Below, piece after piece: positions 34,613-45,156 of a DNA stretch of 64,000 nt (position 1 is the stretch's first letter; every line of letters starts with the position of its first letter). Location: contig CAVXWP010000016.1 of NCBI GenBank assembly GCA_963765495.1, forward strand, positions 256,001 to 320,000, given 5' to 3'. This DNA is from Blastocatellia bacterium. GTDB taxonomy: Bacteria > Acidobacteriota > Blastocatellia > UBA7656. The position numbers and the translations under genes are program-made. The notes below the pieces were generated by a model. The model saw nothing but the letters and a program-made list of their open reading frames with translations. It searched no databases and was not told the origin of the DNA.

Positions 34613-36289
34613 CTTTTCAAAAACCACCTCGCCGCCGATTACCGTCATCACCGCGCGGGTCTTGAGTATTTCAGGCTCCGGTATCTTCATTATGTCGGCC
34701 GACAGCACCGTCAGGTCGCCGTATTTGCCCACTTCGATTGAGCCTTTCACATCATCTTCAAATGCAGCGTAGGCAGACCACAGAGTGAACATCTTGAGCG
34801 CCTCGTCGCGCGTGACGGCCTGTTCCGGGTGCCATCCTTCTCCCGTAAACCCCTTTTGATCCTTGCGCGCAACGGCCGCGTAAAACTCAATCATAGGCTC
34901 GCCGCGCTCGACCGGGGCGTCTGAGCCTCCGGCGATGATCGAGCCCGAATTGATAAAGCTCTTCCAGGCGTAAGCGCCTTCGAGCCGTTTCATCCCGAGC
35001 CGGCTCGGAGCAAAGTGCAAATCGCCTATGGCGTGCGAAGGCTGCATGGAAGGGATGACCCCGAGTTTGGCAAAGCGCGGGATGTCGGCCGGGTTTACTA
35101 TCTGCGCGTGCTCAACGCGCCAGCGCGGCTCGCGTATCTTTCGCTGGCCGGGCGGCACCGCGTTGAAAGCCTTCTCGTACCAGTCGAGTATTGTTCGATT
35201 GGCGCGGTCGCCTATGGCGTGAGTCTCTACCTGTATGCCTTTGCGAAGCGCCTCGATAAGCATCGGCACGACCTCTTCTTCCTTATGAGTCAGAAAGCCC
35301 GCCGTGTCGTAATCCGAGTAATTCTCAAGCAGGGCCGCGCCTTTGGAACCGAGAGCGCCGTCAAGCACTACCTTGATGTCGCGCATTGTGAAGCGTCCGT
35401 CGTAAGCCCTGATGGTTGGCCCTTCGCGCATAAGCCGTTCGGCGGCCGGACCCGGCCCGTACACCGCGTTATAGATACGCAGCTTGATCTTTCCTTCGCC
35501 GTAAAGTTTCTTGAGCAATTCCACATCCGAATAAACGCTGCCCGCGTTTTGAATCTCGCACCATCCGAGTTCGAGGCTGCGCTTGACGCCAAGCAATATG
35601 GCCTGTTCGGCCTCGTCTCGACCCGCGCCGGGGATGTGGCGTGTAACGAGCCCCTGAGCCGCGTCTAAGAACATGCCGTTTGGCTCGCCCGTCTTTTTGT
35701 CTTTCATTATCTCGCCGCCAAACGGGTTGGGCGTCTCTTTGGTAACGCCCGCTATCTTTATGGCCGCGCTGTTGGCAATCGCTCCGTGGCCGTCGGCCCG
35801 AGTAAGATAGACGGGGTTATCGGGCGAGATTTTATCCAGGTCCGAGCGTGTGGGAAATACAGGAGGCTTCCAGAAAGTCTCTATCCACCCGCGCCCCGTA
35901 ACCCATTCGCCCGGCTTCGCCTGGTCTACGCGCTCTTTGACCTTCGCCAGAAAATCTTCGAGGCTCGTCGTGCCTTCAAGGTTCAGATTCATCTCGCGAG
36001 CGCCGACTCCCGCGAGGTGATAATGAGAATCGGTCATGCCGGGCACAACCGTGTTGCCGTGCAGATCAACGACGCGGGTCGCCTTGCCTTCATAGGCTTT
36101 CACATCTTTGTTTGAGCCTACGAAGATGATCTTTCCCGCCCTGACCGCGATGGCTTCGGCGTGAGGCTGTTTCGGGTTCACCGTATAGATGTTGCCGTTT
36201 TTGAAGACAATGTCGGCCGCTTCCTGTTTAGCGTAACCAACCGTAAGACAAAACGACGCGAGGATCAGGATTAATGAGATGATTCGCAT
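34610..36289 (-). CDS. Amidohydrolase (YtcJ-like), exported
   Basis: PGMTDSHYHL, DGALGS, THAIGDRAN, RVEHAQ, GGSDAPVE, GSIEVGKYGDL; signal peptide from MRIISL. Confidence 0.93.
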   Translation of the reverse strand: MRIISLILILASFCLTVGYAKQEAADIVFKNGNIYTVNPKQPHAEAIAVRAGKIIFVGSNKDVKAYEGKATRVVDLHGNTVVPGMTDSHYHLAGVGAREMNLNLEGTTSLEDFLAKVKERVDQAKPGEWVTGRGWIETFWKPPVFPTRSDLDKISPDNPVYLTRADGHGAIANSAAIKIAGVTKETPNPFGGEIMKDKKTGEPNGMFLDAAQGLVTRHIPGAGRDEAEQAILLGVKRSLELGWCEIQNAGSVYSDVELLKKLYGEGKIKLRIYNAVYGPGPAAERLMREGPTIRAYDGRFTMRDIKVVLDGALGSKGAALLENYSDYDTAGFLTHKEEEVVPMLIEALRKGIQVETHAIGDRANRTILDWYEKAFNAVPPGQRKIREPRWRVEHAQIVNPADIPRFAKLGVIPSMQPSHAIGDLHFAPSRLGMKRLEGAYAWKSFINSGSIIAGGSDAPVERGEPMIEFYAAVARKDQKGFTGEGWHPEQAVTRDEALKMFTLWSAYAAFEDDVKGSIEVGKYGDLTVLSADIMKIPEPEILKTRAVMTVIGGEVVFEK

Positions 36290-36311
36290 GGTCCCTCTGT
36301 AAATGGTCTCT

Positions 36312-38096
36312 CTATAAATTGTATTTGCCCGCCGCAATCACCCGGTCGGCAATGCGACGGCGCGCAGAGATTGATTTGATCGGAGCACGGCGCGCGAGAT
36401 GGTCGATTATATCCGTGATGTCGCTTGCGCTGGCTTCTGTTTCTGTGGCTACGAGTCGCGCCGCCCGCTCGACACGCATCACTGCATCACGGGCAAATAC
36501 GCGAGTGATGTCAAGTTGCACCGAAGCGCGATCATCGCCGCGCGCGGCGATGATCTTTTCCGTTCGCAGCAGGACGCTTTCCATCGCATAAATATCCATC
36601 GTCATGTCGGCAATGAGGGCGAGCGATTCCTGCTCGTCGCGGGCGCGGTCGCCGTAGGCTTCGACGACCGCGCCGATTGACAAAAGAGCCATCGCTTTTG
36701 CGGCTCGGAGCAACTTCAACTCTTCCGACAGCACCACGGTTGCGGGGTTCAGATGCAGCGTGTCGGAAGCCCCGGGTAGTCCATCTTTAATCCCTTCGGC
36801 CGTTTCAAGCAAAGCCAGTTCGCCCGACTTCGCGCGGCGCAACAATTGGCTGGCGATCACTATGCGGTTGATCTCGTTTGTGCCCTCGTAGATACGCGCT
36901 ATGCGGGCGTCGCGATAGGCGCGCTCCGCCGGATAGTCCTTTGAATAACCATACCCGCCGAATACCTGCACCTCTTCGTCGACCACATAGCCGAGCGCCT
37001 CGCTCTCCCATACCTTTATGATAGAGCATTCGATGGCATATTGTTCCAGCACGGCGAGCACCTGTCGCGGGTCGCTTTTATCCACCCGCTCAAGCGCCCG
37101 GTCAATCATCCCGGCCGTGCGATAAAGGATCGTTTCGCCCACGTATGCGCGGATGGCCATCTCGGCGAGCTTCTGTTTTATGAGGCCGAAATTCGCAATC
37201 GGCTGTCCGAATTGATGGCGCTCTTTTGCGTATTGTATTGACTGGTAAAGAGAGAGTTTTATCGTGCCTACGGAACGCGCACCCAGTTTGAGCCGCCCGA
37301 TGTTGAGCACATTGAAGGCTATCTTGTGGCCCCGGCCTATTTCGCCAAGCACGTTTTCGACCGGCACGCGGCAATCTTCGAGCATCAGCGCCGTCGTCGA
37401 AGACCCGTCAATACCGAGTTTCTTCTCTTCGTGGCCGCTTGTGAGCCCCGGCCCGCGCTCCACAAGAAAGGCTGTGAACTTCTCTCCGTCGACTTTGGCA
37501 AAGACCGTGAAGAGATCGGCGAAGCTGCCGTTTGTTATCCACATCTTCTGGCCGTTCAAGACGTAGTGGCTGCCGTCTTCGGAAAGCACGGCTTTGGTTC
37601 TAGCCGCAAGCGCGTCTGAGCCGGAATGCGGCTCTGTCAAAGCGTATGCGCCGATCATCTCGCCCGTAGCCAGTCGCGGCAGATACTTTTGCTTCTGCTC
37701 TTCGGTCCCGAAAAAGACAATGGGGAGCGTGCCTATGTTGACGTGGGCGCTCTGCGATCCGGCAAATGATGCCTGAAGCGCAAACTGCTCTCCGACTACC
37801 GAGGAACTGACCTTATTCAAACCGAGCCCGCCATATTTTTCCGGGATGTCAATCGAGAGCAATCCTAGCTCGCCCGCCTTGGCCATCAGTTCGCGCGTGA
37901 CCGGCCAGTTCTTGGCGTAGATGTCGTCTTCACGCGGGAGGACTTCCTTGCGCAGGAACTCTTCGGCCGTTTGCGCAAACATATGTTGCTCTTCGGAGAT
38001 CTCTTCGGGGGTGAAGATTTCCGCCGGTTCGAGGTCTTCGATAAGAAAACTGCCGCCTTTGATCGCAATCGGCCCTTCGGCTTTGCTTGTCATCAT
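36312..38096 (-). CDS. Acyl-CoA dehydrogenase
   Basis: YALTEPHSGSDA, GQKMWITN, LNIGRLKLG, FGGYGY, RIYEGTNEINR. Confidence 0.95.
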   Translation of the reverse strand: MMTSKAEGPIAIKGGSFLIEDLEPAEIFTPEEISEEQHMFAQTAEEFLRKEVLPREDDIYAKNWPVTRELMAKAGELGLLSIDIPEKYGGLGLNKVSSSVVGEQFALQASFAGSQSAHVNIGTLPIVFFGTEEQKQKYLPRLATGEMIGAYALTEPHSGSDALAARTKAVLSEDGSHYVLNGQKMWITNGSFADLFTVFAKVDGEKFTAFLVERGPGLTSGHEEKKLGIDGSSTTALMLEDCRVPVENVLGEIGRGHKIAFNVLNIGRLKLGARSVGTIKLSLYQSIQYAKERHQFGQPIANFGLIKQKLAEMAIRAYVGETILYRTAGMIDRALERVDKSDPRQVLAVLEQYAIECSIIKVWESEALGYVVDEEVQVFGGYGYSKDYPAERAYRDARIARIYEGTNEINRIVIASQLLRRAKSGELALLETAEGIKDGLPGASDTLHLNPATVVLSEELKLLRAAKAMALLSIGAVVEAYGDRARDEQESLALIADMTMDIYAMESVLLRTEKIIAARGDDRASVQLDITRVFARDAVMRVERAARLVATETEASASDITDIIDHLARRAPIKSISARRRIADRVIAAGKYNL

Positions 38097-38123
38097 TTTC
38101 TCCCTTTGAAATTTATCAATCTC

Positions 38124-38738
38124 TTATTTCAGACTTGCCAATAACTCGTCGACCGAAACTCTCCACCCTTCAAGCACGCGAGACTCGGACGATTCACCGG
38201 CCAGATAAATATGGCTTTCCCATCGAGGCAAAGCCTTCGGCGACCGCTTTGCGAGCGCGTGCCTTACTTCAATGGTTTCGGCCTCCGAATCTATCAACCA
38301 TAATTCCCGCACACCCAGCGCGAGATAGGTATCGGCCTTTGTCGTACGGTCGTAATTGGCCGTGGACGGCGACAGGTATTCGAAGACTATATCGGCCGAG
38401 GTGCGCCGCTTCCCCATCTTTGCTCGCAGTTCGTTTGAGACATACATCATATCCGGCTCAAGATATGTTCGGTTTTTGTAGATAGGCTCGCGTGGATGAT
38501 AAACCCTTCCCGGCCATCCGTGAGCAGCCAGCCAGGTCACAAGCGAAGCATTCAAATATGAACCGACATCTCCATGCGGCGGGTCGGGTGGAGGAACCAT
38601 ATACAGGACTCCTTCGATCAACTCGTAATGCGCTCGGCCGCCTGGGTCTGGCAACGAGAAGAACTCTTCGAGGGTGTACTGGTGCAAAAGCGCCGAAAAA
38701 GCGATTTCTGTTGTTTGTCTCTCTTCCAAAACCGGCAT
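38124..38738 (-). CDS. Uma2-family (PD-(D/E)xK) endonuclease-like protein
   Basis: YELIEGVLYMVPPP...H, LEPD, FEYLSPSTANYDRTTK..Y...GVRELWLID; RBS GGAGG before MPVLEE. Confidence 0.9.
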   Translation of the reverse strand: MPVLEERQTTEIAFSALLHQYTLEEFFSLPDPGGRAHYELIEGVLYMVPPPDPPHGDVGSYLNASLVTWLAAHGWPGRVYHPREPIYKNRTYLEPDMMYVSNELRAKMGKRRTSADIVFEYLSPSTANYDRTTKADTYLALGVRELWLIDSEAETIEVRHALAKRSPKALPRWESHIYLAGESSESRVLEGWRVSVDELLASLK

Positions 38739-38790
38739 GACCGCACCTCCTGAGTTTGGTAAGGATGCTAGCACAGCGATTCGGCCCGCC

Positions 38791-39762
38791 TCAATCCACG
38801 GCCAACACTATCTTTCCGACCGTCTCTCTTGCTTCCATCTTGCGATGAGCCTCGGCGGCTTCCTCAAGCGGGAGCTTCAGCCCTATTGTCAGCCTCAGTT
38901 TTCCTGTAGCCACCCACTCGACGACCTTCTCCACGCCGCGCCGCGCAATCTCAGGAACCTGTAAGACGGTCACAAGCCAGAACCCGCTCACCTTGATCGA
39001 TTTTTCAAACATCGTGATAGGGTCAACCGGATCAGGTCGCCCGCTCGCCGCGCCATACACGATCACGTGTCCAAACGGGGCCAGCGATTTCATGCTCTTT
39101 TCAAATGTAGCCTTACCCACGGAATCAAGCACAAGGTCTACACCGCGCCCTCCGGTCAGCCGCATCACCTCTTCGGCAAAATCGGTCTTATTGTAGAGGA
39201 TCACGTCATCTGCGCCCATGTCCCGCGCAAGCTGAGCTTTGTCTTCGCTCGACGTAGTGCCGTATGCGGTCGCTCCAACCATTTTGGCCATCTGAATGGC
39301 AAGCAATCCGACGCCGCCCGCAGCCGCGTGAACAAGCACGGATTTCCCCGGCTCGATCTGGTCAGAAGTGTACAGCATGTGATAAGCCGTGAGGGCCTGA
39401 AGCGGAAATGCCGCGCCCTCTTCGAAGCTTATGTTTTCGGGCAGCGGGATCAACGACTGCGCCGGAACGGCCACATATTCGGCGTAGCATTCTCTATGAA
39501 GGAAAGCCACCCTCTGGCCTAGGATGGAATTATCAACGCCCTCGCCTACCTCTTCAACTACGCCCGAGGCTTCGGCTCCGGGTATGGCGGGCAATTGGGG
39601 TTGAATCAGATATTGTCCCCGACGCAGCCGCGTGTCGGCGAAGTTGACGCCTATGGCGTGGATTTTGACGAGCACATGGCCTGCGCCCGGTTTCGGTTTT
39701 TCCACATCTTCGTATCGAAGCACTTCGGGTTCGCCGATTTCATGAAATCTAATCGCTTTCAT
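38791..39762 (-). CDS. NADPH:quinone oxidoreductase (MDR family)
   Basis: GVNFAD, PGAEASG, VHAAAGGVG, GRGVDLVLDSVG. Confidence 0.92.
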   Translation of the reverse strand: MKAIRFHEIGEPEVLRYEDVEKPKPGAGHVLVKIHAIGVNFADTRLRRGQYLIQPQLPAIPGAEASGVVEEVGEGVDNSILGQRVAFLHRECYAEYVAVPAQSLIPLPENISFEEGAAFPLQALTAYHMLYTSDQIEPGKSVLVHAAAGGVGLLAIQMAKMVGATAYGTTSSEDKAQLARDMGADDVILYNKTDFAEEVMRLTGGRGVDLVLDSVGKATFEKSMKSLAPFGHVIVYGAASGRPDPVDPITMFEKSIKVSGFWLVTVLQVPEIARRGVEKVVEWVATGKLRLTIGLKLPLEEAAEAHRKMEARETVGKIVLAVD

Positions 39763-39771
39763 TTTTTCTCC

Positions 39772-40518
39772 TTAAGAATACATGCCGCCGTTCGGGCTGA
39801 TTGTTTGTCCGACGATATAGCTCGATTCATCCGAAGCCAGAAAGAGCGCAACCTCTGCGATCTCTTCGGGCGTGCCTATGCGGCCGAGCGGGGTCATCTG
39901 AACCATCATCGGGCGCATTTCGTCGGGCAGATTGTTAAGTATAGGGGTCTCGACCCAGCCGGGAGCTATACAGTTGACGCGGATGCCGTAAGCGGCCACT
40001 TCCTGGGCTACGCCTTTGGTGAATGCGATTATCGCACCTTTGGCCGCCGTGTAGTTTGACGCGCCCGGAAGCCCTCTCAGCCCGGCCACCGACCCCAGAT
40101 TGATGATAGCGCCCTGCGCGCGGGAAAGCATTCGTTTGAGCGCCTCGCGTGTACAATAAAAAGTCCCGTTCAAATGCACATTGAGAATCGAAGCCCATTG
40201 CTCGTCGGTCATCTCGTGCGCGGGCGTCAATTGCTGCCCGCCATTCCCGGCGTTGTTTACCAGAATGTCTACTGCCCAGTCACGTTCGTCTATGCGGCGA
40301 AAAAGCTCTGCAACCGCATCGGAATTGGCGACATCGGTTGTAAGGGCGAACGCCTCTATGCCGTGCTCCTGAACGAGGCGGGCGGTTTCTGCTCCGCTCT
40401 GTTCATCGAGTTCGGCTACGACGATGCGTGCGCCCTCGGCAGCAAACCTGAGAGCGATGGCCCGGCCAATGCCTGAACCGCTCCCGGTTATCACGGCGAC
40501 CTTATCTTTCAGTCTCAT
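39772..40518 (-). CDS. Short-chain dehydrogenase/reductase (FabG-like)
   Basis: TGSGSGIG, NNAG, YTAAK, VNCIAPG motifs. Confidence 0.93.
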   Translation of the reverse strand: MRLKDKVAVITGSGSGIGRAIALRFAAEGARIVVAELDEQSGAETARLVQEHGIEAFALTTDVANSDAVAELFRRIDERDWAVDILVNNAGNGGQQLTPAHEMTDEQWASILNVHLNGTFYCTREALKRMLSRAQGAIINLGSVAGLRGLPGASNYTAAKGAIIAFTKGVAQEVAAYGIRVNCIAPGWVETPILNNLPDEMRPMMVQMTPLGRIGTPEEIAEVALFLASDESSYIVGQTISPNGGMYS

Positions 40519-40545
40519 CCGTTTTCCTCCCTTCGAAACCAATCG

Positions 40546-40968
40546 CTACCAGCCCTCAAACCTCTCTATCAGCGAGCGCAACTCATCGGGGATGCGAACC
40601 GGGCGCAGCGATTTCGGGTCTATGCACACGTATAGCGACGAGGCCGCTGTGATCAATCGGTCTTCGCCTTCCGGGTAGATTTCAAATTCAAAAACGAGGC
40701 TGGTATTTCCTATCTTTGAAACGCGTGTGTGAATCTCAAGCACCTCATCGAATCGAGCCGGAGACTTGAACTCCACGGTCGTGCGAGCCAGCACTGTGTC
40801 GGCTCCTGTTTCCACCATGTCTTTGTAGTCGAGGCCTATCGCCCGGAAATATTCCGTCCACGCTACATCGGTATAAATCAGGTAGTTGGCATTGAATACT
40901 ATTCCTTGCAGATCGGTTTCGGCGAACCTGACTCTGAGATTGTGATGGAATTTAAAGTCTGTTTTCAC
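40546..40968 (-). CDS. Acyl-CoA thioesterase (YbgC/4HBT family)
   Basis: VRFAETDLQGIVFNANYL hot-dog-fold signature. Confidence 0.9.
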   Translation of the reverse strand: MKTDFKFHHNLRVRFAETDLQGIVFNANYLIYTDVAWTEYFRAIGLDYKDMVETGADTVLARTTVEFKSPARFDEVLEIHTRVSKIGNTSLVFEFEIYPEGEDRLITAASSLYVCIDPKSLRPVRIPDELRSLIERFEGW

Positions 40969-41033
40969 GGGCCGATATCATGACTGATAGCCGACAACTT
41001 ATCAAATTGAATGGCCGTAATAGCTCACCATTA

Positions 41034-41099
41034 GCCACAGAGGCGCAGAGGCGCAGAGAAAAGATTATAAAAATCTCTGTGTCTTCGTGTCTCTGTGGC
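41034..41099. repeat. CACAGAG/CTCTGTG palindromic element
   Basis: GCCACAGAGGCGCAGAGGCGCAGAG ... CTCTGTGTCTTCGTGTCTCTGTGGC. Confidence 0.75.
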
Positions 41100-41220
41100 G
41101 ATTATTTCTCTAATTCTGATCAGATACAATTGGCCGCGATTTTGCCCGCGCAATGCTCTTATGCTATGCTGACGCGCATCCCGGTACCAGAAAGTATTCA
41201 TCTTTTCAGGAGGTAAGCCT

Positions 41221-42819
41221 GTGATAGTTCCGCTCAATGAATACGACTTTCTAAAACGCGCAATCATAGCTCACCCGACAAAAGAAGCCGTCGTGTGCGG
41301 CGATGTTCGCCTGACTTATTCAGAGTTTGGCAGGCGCGTTTTCGCGTGGGCAAATATGATGCGCGAGGCGGGGATAGAAAAAGGCGACCGGGTCGCTATT
41401 TTATCTCAAAACTGTCACCGCATACTCGAAGCCTTTTTCGGTGCTCCACTGCTCGGCGCTATACTGATGCCTCTTAACTTTCGCCTCGTCCCGAGTGATT
41501 TTCTCTACATCCTGAATCACGGCGGCGCAAAGGCCCTGATCGTAGAAGAAGGGCTGACCAGCGTAATAGACCCGATACGCGAAAGCCTTGAGACTATCGA
41601 GCATTTCATCCTCGCAAGCGATAAAAGCGATGCAAATCCGGCTGGCTGGCTCGATTACGAAACGCTTCTGGGCGAGGCATCCGGCAACCAGCCTGACCCT
41701 GTCGAGATAGATGAAAACGAAACCTCGGCCCTGCTCTACACTTCGGGAACCACGGGGCGGCCAAAAGGCGTTATGCTCACGCATCGCAATCTCTACCTCA
41801 ACGCGATGAACTCGATCTGCGAATTCGGCATACGCGAAGACGACGTATACCTGCACACGCTGGCGCAGTTTCACTGCAACGGGTGGGGAGTGCCTTACGC
41901 GGTGACGGGGATGGGAGCCGCGCACGTGATCATAAAGAAGTTCGAGCCCGCCGCGTTTTTCGATCTCGTCCGACGAGAGCGCGTGACCTTCGCCGCGATG
42001 CCGCCGACGATGATAAACATGGCCTTGAATCATCCGCTCGACCGGGAGGCTCTTGATCAATTGCCGCGCGGCCTTCGCATAGCGACCGCAGGCTCAGCCC
42101 CCCCGCTTGCGACCATACAGGGAGCGCAGGAAAAACTCGGCTGGCAAGTGATTCAGATATACGGATTGACCGAAACATCGCCCTTCCTGACCGTCTCAAA
42201 AATCAAGCCTCATATGCGAGACTGGCCCGCCGAGCATCAATACAAAGTGCAGGCAAAAACGGGCTACCCGATGATAGGCGTAGACGTGCGCGTAGTCGAT
42301 GACGAGGGCCGCGACCTTCAGCCCGACTCCGGTGAAGCGGGCGAGGTGATCGCCCGCGCAAACGTAGTGATGGCCGGATACTGGCGGCAACCCGAGGCCA
42401 CCGAAGCGGTCATCGTTGACGGATGGTTTCACACGGGCGATATGGCGACTCGCGATAGCGAAGGCTATATCGAGGTCGTAGACCGCAAAAAAGACCTGAT
42501 AATTTCGGGCGGTGAAAACATCTCTTCGATAGAAGTCGAAGGGCTTTTATACAAACACCCTTCGGTGCTCGAAGCCGCAATCGTGGCCGCGCCCGACCAG
42601 CGATGGGGCGAAATCCCTTACGCTATAGTCGTGCTGAAGCCCGGCGCGAAGGCGACCGAAGACGAATTGATAGAGTTTTGCCGAGAGCATCTGGCTCACT
42701 TCAAATGCCCGAAGAGGGTCGATTTCATCGAGACGCTTCCGCGAACGGCTACGGGTAAGATTCAGAAAAACATCCTCAGAGAACGCTACTGGAAAGATCA
42801 ATCGAGGCGCGTCAATTAG
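41221..42819 (+). CDS. Long-chain fatty acid-CoA ligase (ANL family)
   Basis: YTSGTTGRPKG, YGLTET, WFHTGD, DRKKDLIISGGENI, LPRTATGKIQK. Confidence 0.95.
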   Translation: MIVPLNEYDFLKRAIIAHPTKEAVVCGDVRLTYSEFGRRVFAWANMMREAGIEKGDRVAILSQNCHRILEAFFGAPLLGAILMPLNFRLVPSDFLYILNHGGAKALIVEEGLTSVIDPIRESLETIEHFILASDKSDANPAGWLDYETLLGEASGNQPDPVEIDENETSALLYTSGTTGRPKGVMLTHRNLYLNAMNSICEFGIREDDVYLHTLAQFHCNGWGVPYAVTGMGAAHVIIKKFEPAAFFDLVRRERVTFAAMPPTMINMALNHPLDREALDQLPRGLRIATAGSAPPLATIQGAQEKLGWQVIQIYGLTETSPFLTVSKIKPHMRDWPAEHQYKVQAKTGYPMIGVDVRVVDDEGRDLQPDSGEAGEVIARANVVMAGYWRQPEATEAVIVDGWFHTGDMATRDSEGYIEVVDRKKDLIISGGENISSIEVEGLLYKHPSVLEAAIVAAPDQRWGEIPYAIVVLKPGAKATEDELIEFCREHLAHFKCPKRVDFIETLPRTATGKIQKNILRERYWKDQSRRVN

Positions 42820-43553
42820 TACTCAAGCCTGTTTTTGTAGATCATGGCTCCAAGCTTAAAACTCTTGTCGAGCGTGTAGGCGTCGTCAAGCTCCGAGTGA
42901 AAGTGAATAGAAATATTTTGAAGCGTGGCCAGAGGCTCGCCCTTTACCATGCGCGGAAACACAAATCGCGCGCCCAGATAATTTCCGTGAGGCGGTATGT
43001 ATTCCTGCAAACGGACGCGCTCGCCTCCCTCGACCGACAGATAGGTGTTCGCTTTGAGCCGTTCGAGCGTCAGATTATCGAGCAGTTCTCTTGCGTTGTA
43101 GAGTTTTGTGGTGGGTCGCGGGGCATCGAAGAAAACCGAAATGATTACGTGATCTTTATAGTCTTCTTCCACAAAAGACTTCAATTGCGCGGCCATATCT
43201 TCATTGACTTTTCCGCCCTGATTGATTTCCAGCAATCGACTGATCGCCTCGCGAACGGGTCTTGCCGACAGAAAGGCCACACGATAATTGACCTGCGCGG
43301 CCCGATTTATGCGGCTGCCGCCTATGTCAATCGTGCGGCTCGAATCGGCGTCCCTGTGAGGCGCAGCATCTCTATCCGACGGATTGCCGAATACGAGCGT
43401 CTGCCCCCACGGCGAATCGCTCAACAGCTTCATCGCCTCTTTTTCAGACCACTCGGCGGGAGGCTTCCCACTCCACTGCGCCGAAGCCACAGCAGAAATT
43501 ATCAACAACGCGGCGATTACGACTGCTGCCGGAATACTTCTGGTTTGCTTCAC
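42816..43553 (-). CDS. Exported hypothetical protein
   Basis: RBS AAGGAGG + GTG 43553; signal peptide ending ASA-Q; EWSEKEAMKLLSDSPW N-terminal motif. Confidence 0.75.
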   Translation of the reverse strand: MKQTRSIPAAVVIAALLIISAVASAQWSGKPPAEWSEKEAMKLLSDSPWGQTLVFGNPSDRDAAPHRDADSSRTIDIGGSRINRAAQVNYRVAFLSARPVREAISRLLEINQGGKVNEDMAAQLKSFVEEDYKDHVIISVFFDAPRPTTKLYNARELLDNLTLERLKANTYLSVEGGERVRLQEYIPPHGNYLGARFVFPRMVKGEPLATLQNISIHFHSELDDAYTLDKSFKLGAMIYKNRLEY

Positions 43554-43573
43554 CGGCTCCTCCTTTTCAAGCG

Positions 43574-44189
43574 TCAAAAGCGCAGCACGATCCCGCCTGA
43601 AATCAGCAGGTTATGCTGGCGGTCGCCTATCAGTTCCGAATTGAGCTTCGGATTGCCCGACACGAAATCGCGGACCTCGCCGCGCACGCTGATAAACGGA
43701 AACACCTTTACATCCACGCCTCCACCGTAATCGAAGACGGCGCGATTTGCCGTGCGTTCGCCGGAGGTTGGACGTATTGGCTACCGTTGTGTCGCTCCCG
43801 TTAAAGCGCGCGTATCCGACTCCGCCCACCACGTAAGGCGAGGCCGGCGCGAAGGGCAGAAATTTCAGCTTTAATCCCGGCGTGATAAACAGAGAGGAGT
43901 AACTGCGCGGCGAAAGCGCATTCGAAGAAGTTATATCAGTCTTTGGCGTGACCGTGATCGGAAACTCTACGTGCAGCGATGCGACTTGAGCGTTATAGAT
44001 TCGGTTCGCGTAGCTCACTTGATAGGCCAGCCCGTTGCCTGTTCGGACAAAGCCGGGTATCGGCAACCGCACGTCACGGTCTTCTGTTCCCATAGCCCCT
44101 ATCTGAAACCCCAATTCGTGTTCCTGCGCGGAGGCGGCGCACGCGCTCAGAATCAGCACCCCAAGAACGCCTATGATTTTCCCTTTCAT
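43574..44189 (-). pseudogene. Outer-membrane beta-barrel protein interrupted by a 1-nt insertion (or sequencing error)
   Basis: Removing one base at ~43766 joins ...SPYVVGGVGYARF...TSN to SGERTANRAVFDYGGGVDVKVFPFISVRGEVRDF...ISGGIVLRF* (terminal Phe), with the stop at 43574. Confidence 0.82.
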
Positions 44190-44229
44190 TGTTCCCCCTG
44201 TCTGGTTTTACCTGTCTTGTCTTTACCCG

Positions 44230-45066
44230 CTACTCGATCAACGCGGCATAGTTGTCAAGAATCGGCAGAATCTTATCGCTTTCTGCCGATGGAAGCGCGA
44301 AGATGACGCGCTCGATGCCCGCCTCTTCCATTTTATCAATCGCCTCGCGTTCGGGCTTTGCGCCAAAGATAGAGATTGATATCGAGTTGGGGTCGCGCCC
44401 GGCCTTCTCGGCGCGTTCCCTCAAGGTGGCGATCTTTTCGATGATCCCGGTCGCGCGCATGCCAATCGGCATCCACCCGTCGCAGAATTCGATTACGCGG
44501 TCGAAAGTCGTAGGCCCGTCGCCGCCCATCAGGATCGGCGGATGCGGCTTCTGCGCGGGTTTGGGATTCGACCATATCTTATCGAAGTTCACAAACTCGC
44601 CGTGAAATTCCGCCTCATCTTTTGTCCATATCTCTTTCATCGCGAGAATCTGCTCGCGCAATCGCCGCCATCTGGTCTTGTACTCGGTCCCGTGATTTTC
44701 CATCTCTTCGGCATTCCAGCCGCCGCCTATGCCAAATAAAAATCTGCCGCCCGATAACTGATCGAGGCTTGCTATCTCTTTTGCCGTGGTGATCGGGTCG
44801 CGTTCGATGATAAGGCAGATGCCGGTTGCCACTCGCAGTTTTTTCGTAGCCATTGCCGCCGCCGTCAACGCTACAAACGGGTCGTAGGTGTTCCAGTACT
44901 CCTTCGGCAGATCGCCCCCGGCGGGGTAAGGAGTGCGGCGGCTCGCCGGAATATGAGTGTGTTCGGGGAGCCAGAGCGATTCGAATCCGCGCTGTTCGAG
45001 CGCGGAAGCCAGTTCATCGGGCCGAATTGCATACCCGGTCGAAAACATAAACGCGCCGTAAAGCAT
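44230..45066 (-). CDS. LLM-class (probably F420-dependent) oxidoreductase
   Basis: GFESLWLPEHTHIP, DPFVAL, LDQLSGGRFLFGIGGGWN.EEM, PKPAQKPHPPILMGG. Confidence 0.9.
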   Translation of the reverse strand: MLYGAFMFSTGYAIRPDELASALEQRGFESLWLPEHTHIPASRRTPYPAGGDLPKEYWNTYDPFVALTAAAMATKKLRVATGICLIIERDPITTAKEIASLDQLSGGRFLFGIGGGWNAEEMENHGTEYKTRWRRLREQILAMKEIWTKDEAEFHGEFVNFDKIWSNPKPAQKPHPPILMGGDGPTTFDRVIEFCDGWMPIGMRATGIIEKIATLRERAEKAGRDPNSISISIFGAKPEREAIDKMEEAGIERVIFALPSAESDKILPILDNYAALIE

Positions 45067-45156
45067 GACAGCCTCCTTGAGTGATTTGCTGAGTCCGAGG
45101 CATGATAACCCTCGCGGTCGGACCTTTGCCAGTTGGCAGGAAGAGATTGATCCGTT

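Noticed and set aside
38124-38738. Uma2 nuclease as a defence system
   Set aside because: Uma2 genes are commonly scattered singly, and no partner defence genes are adjacent.
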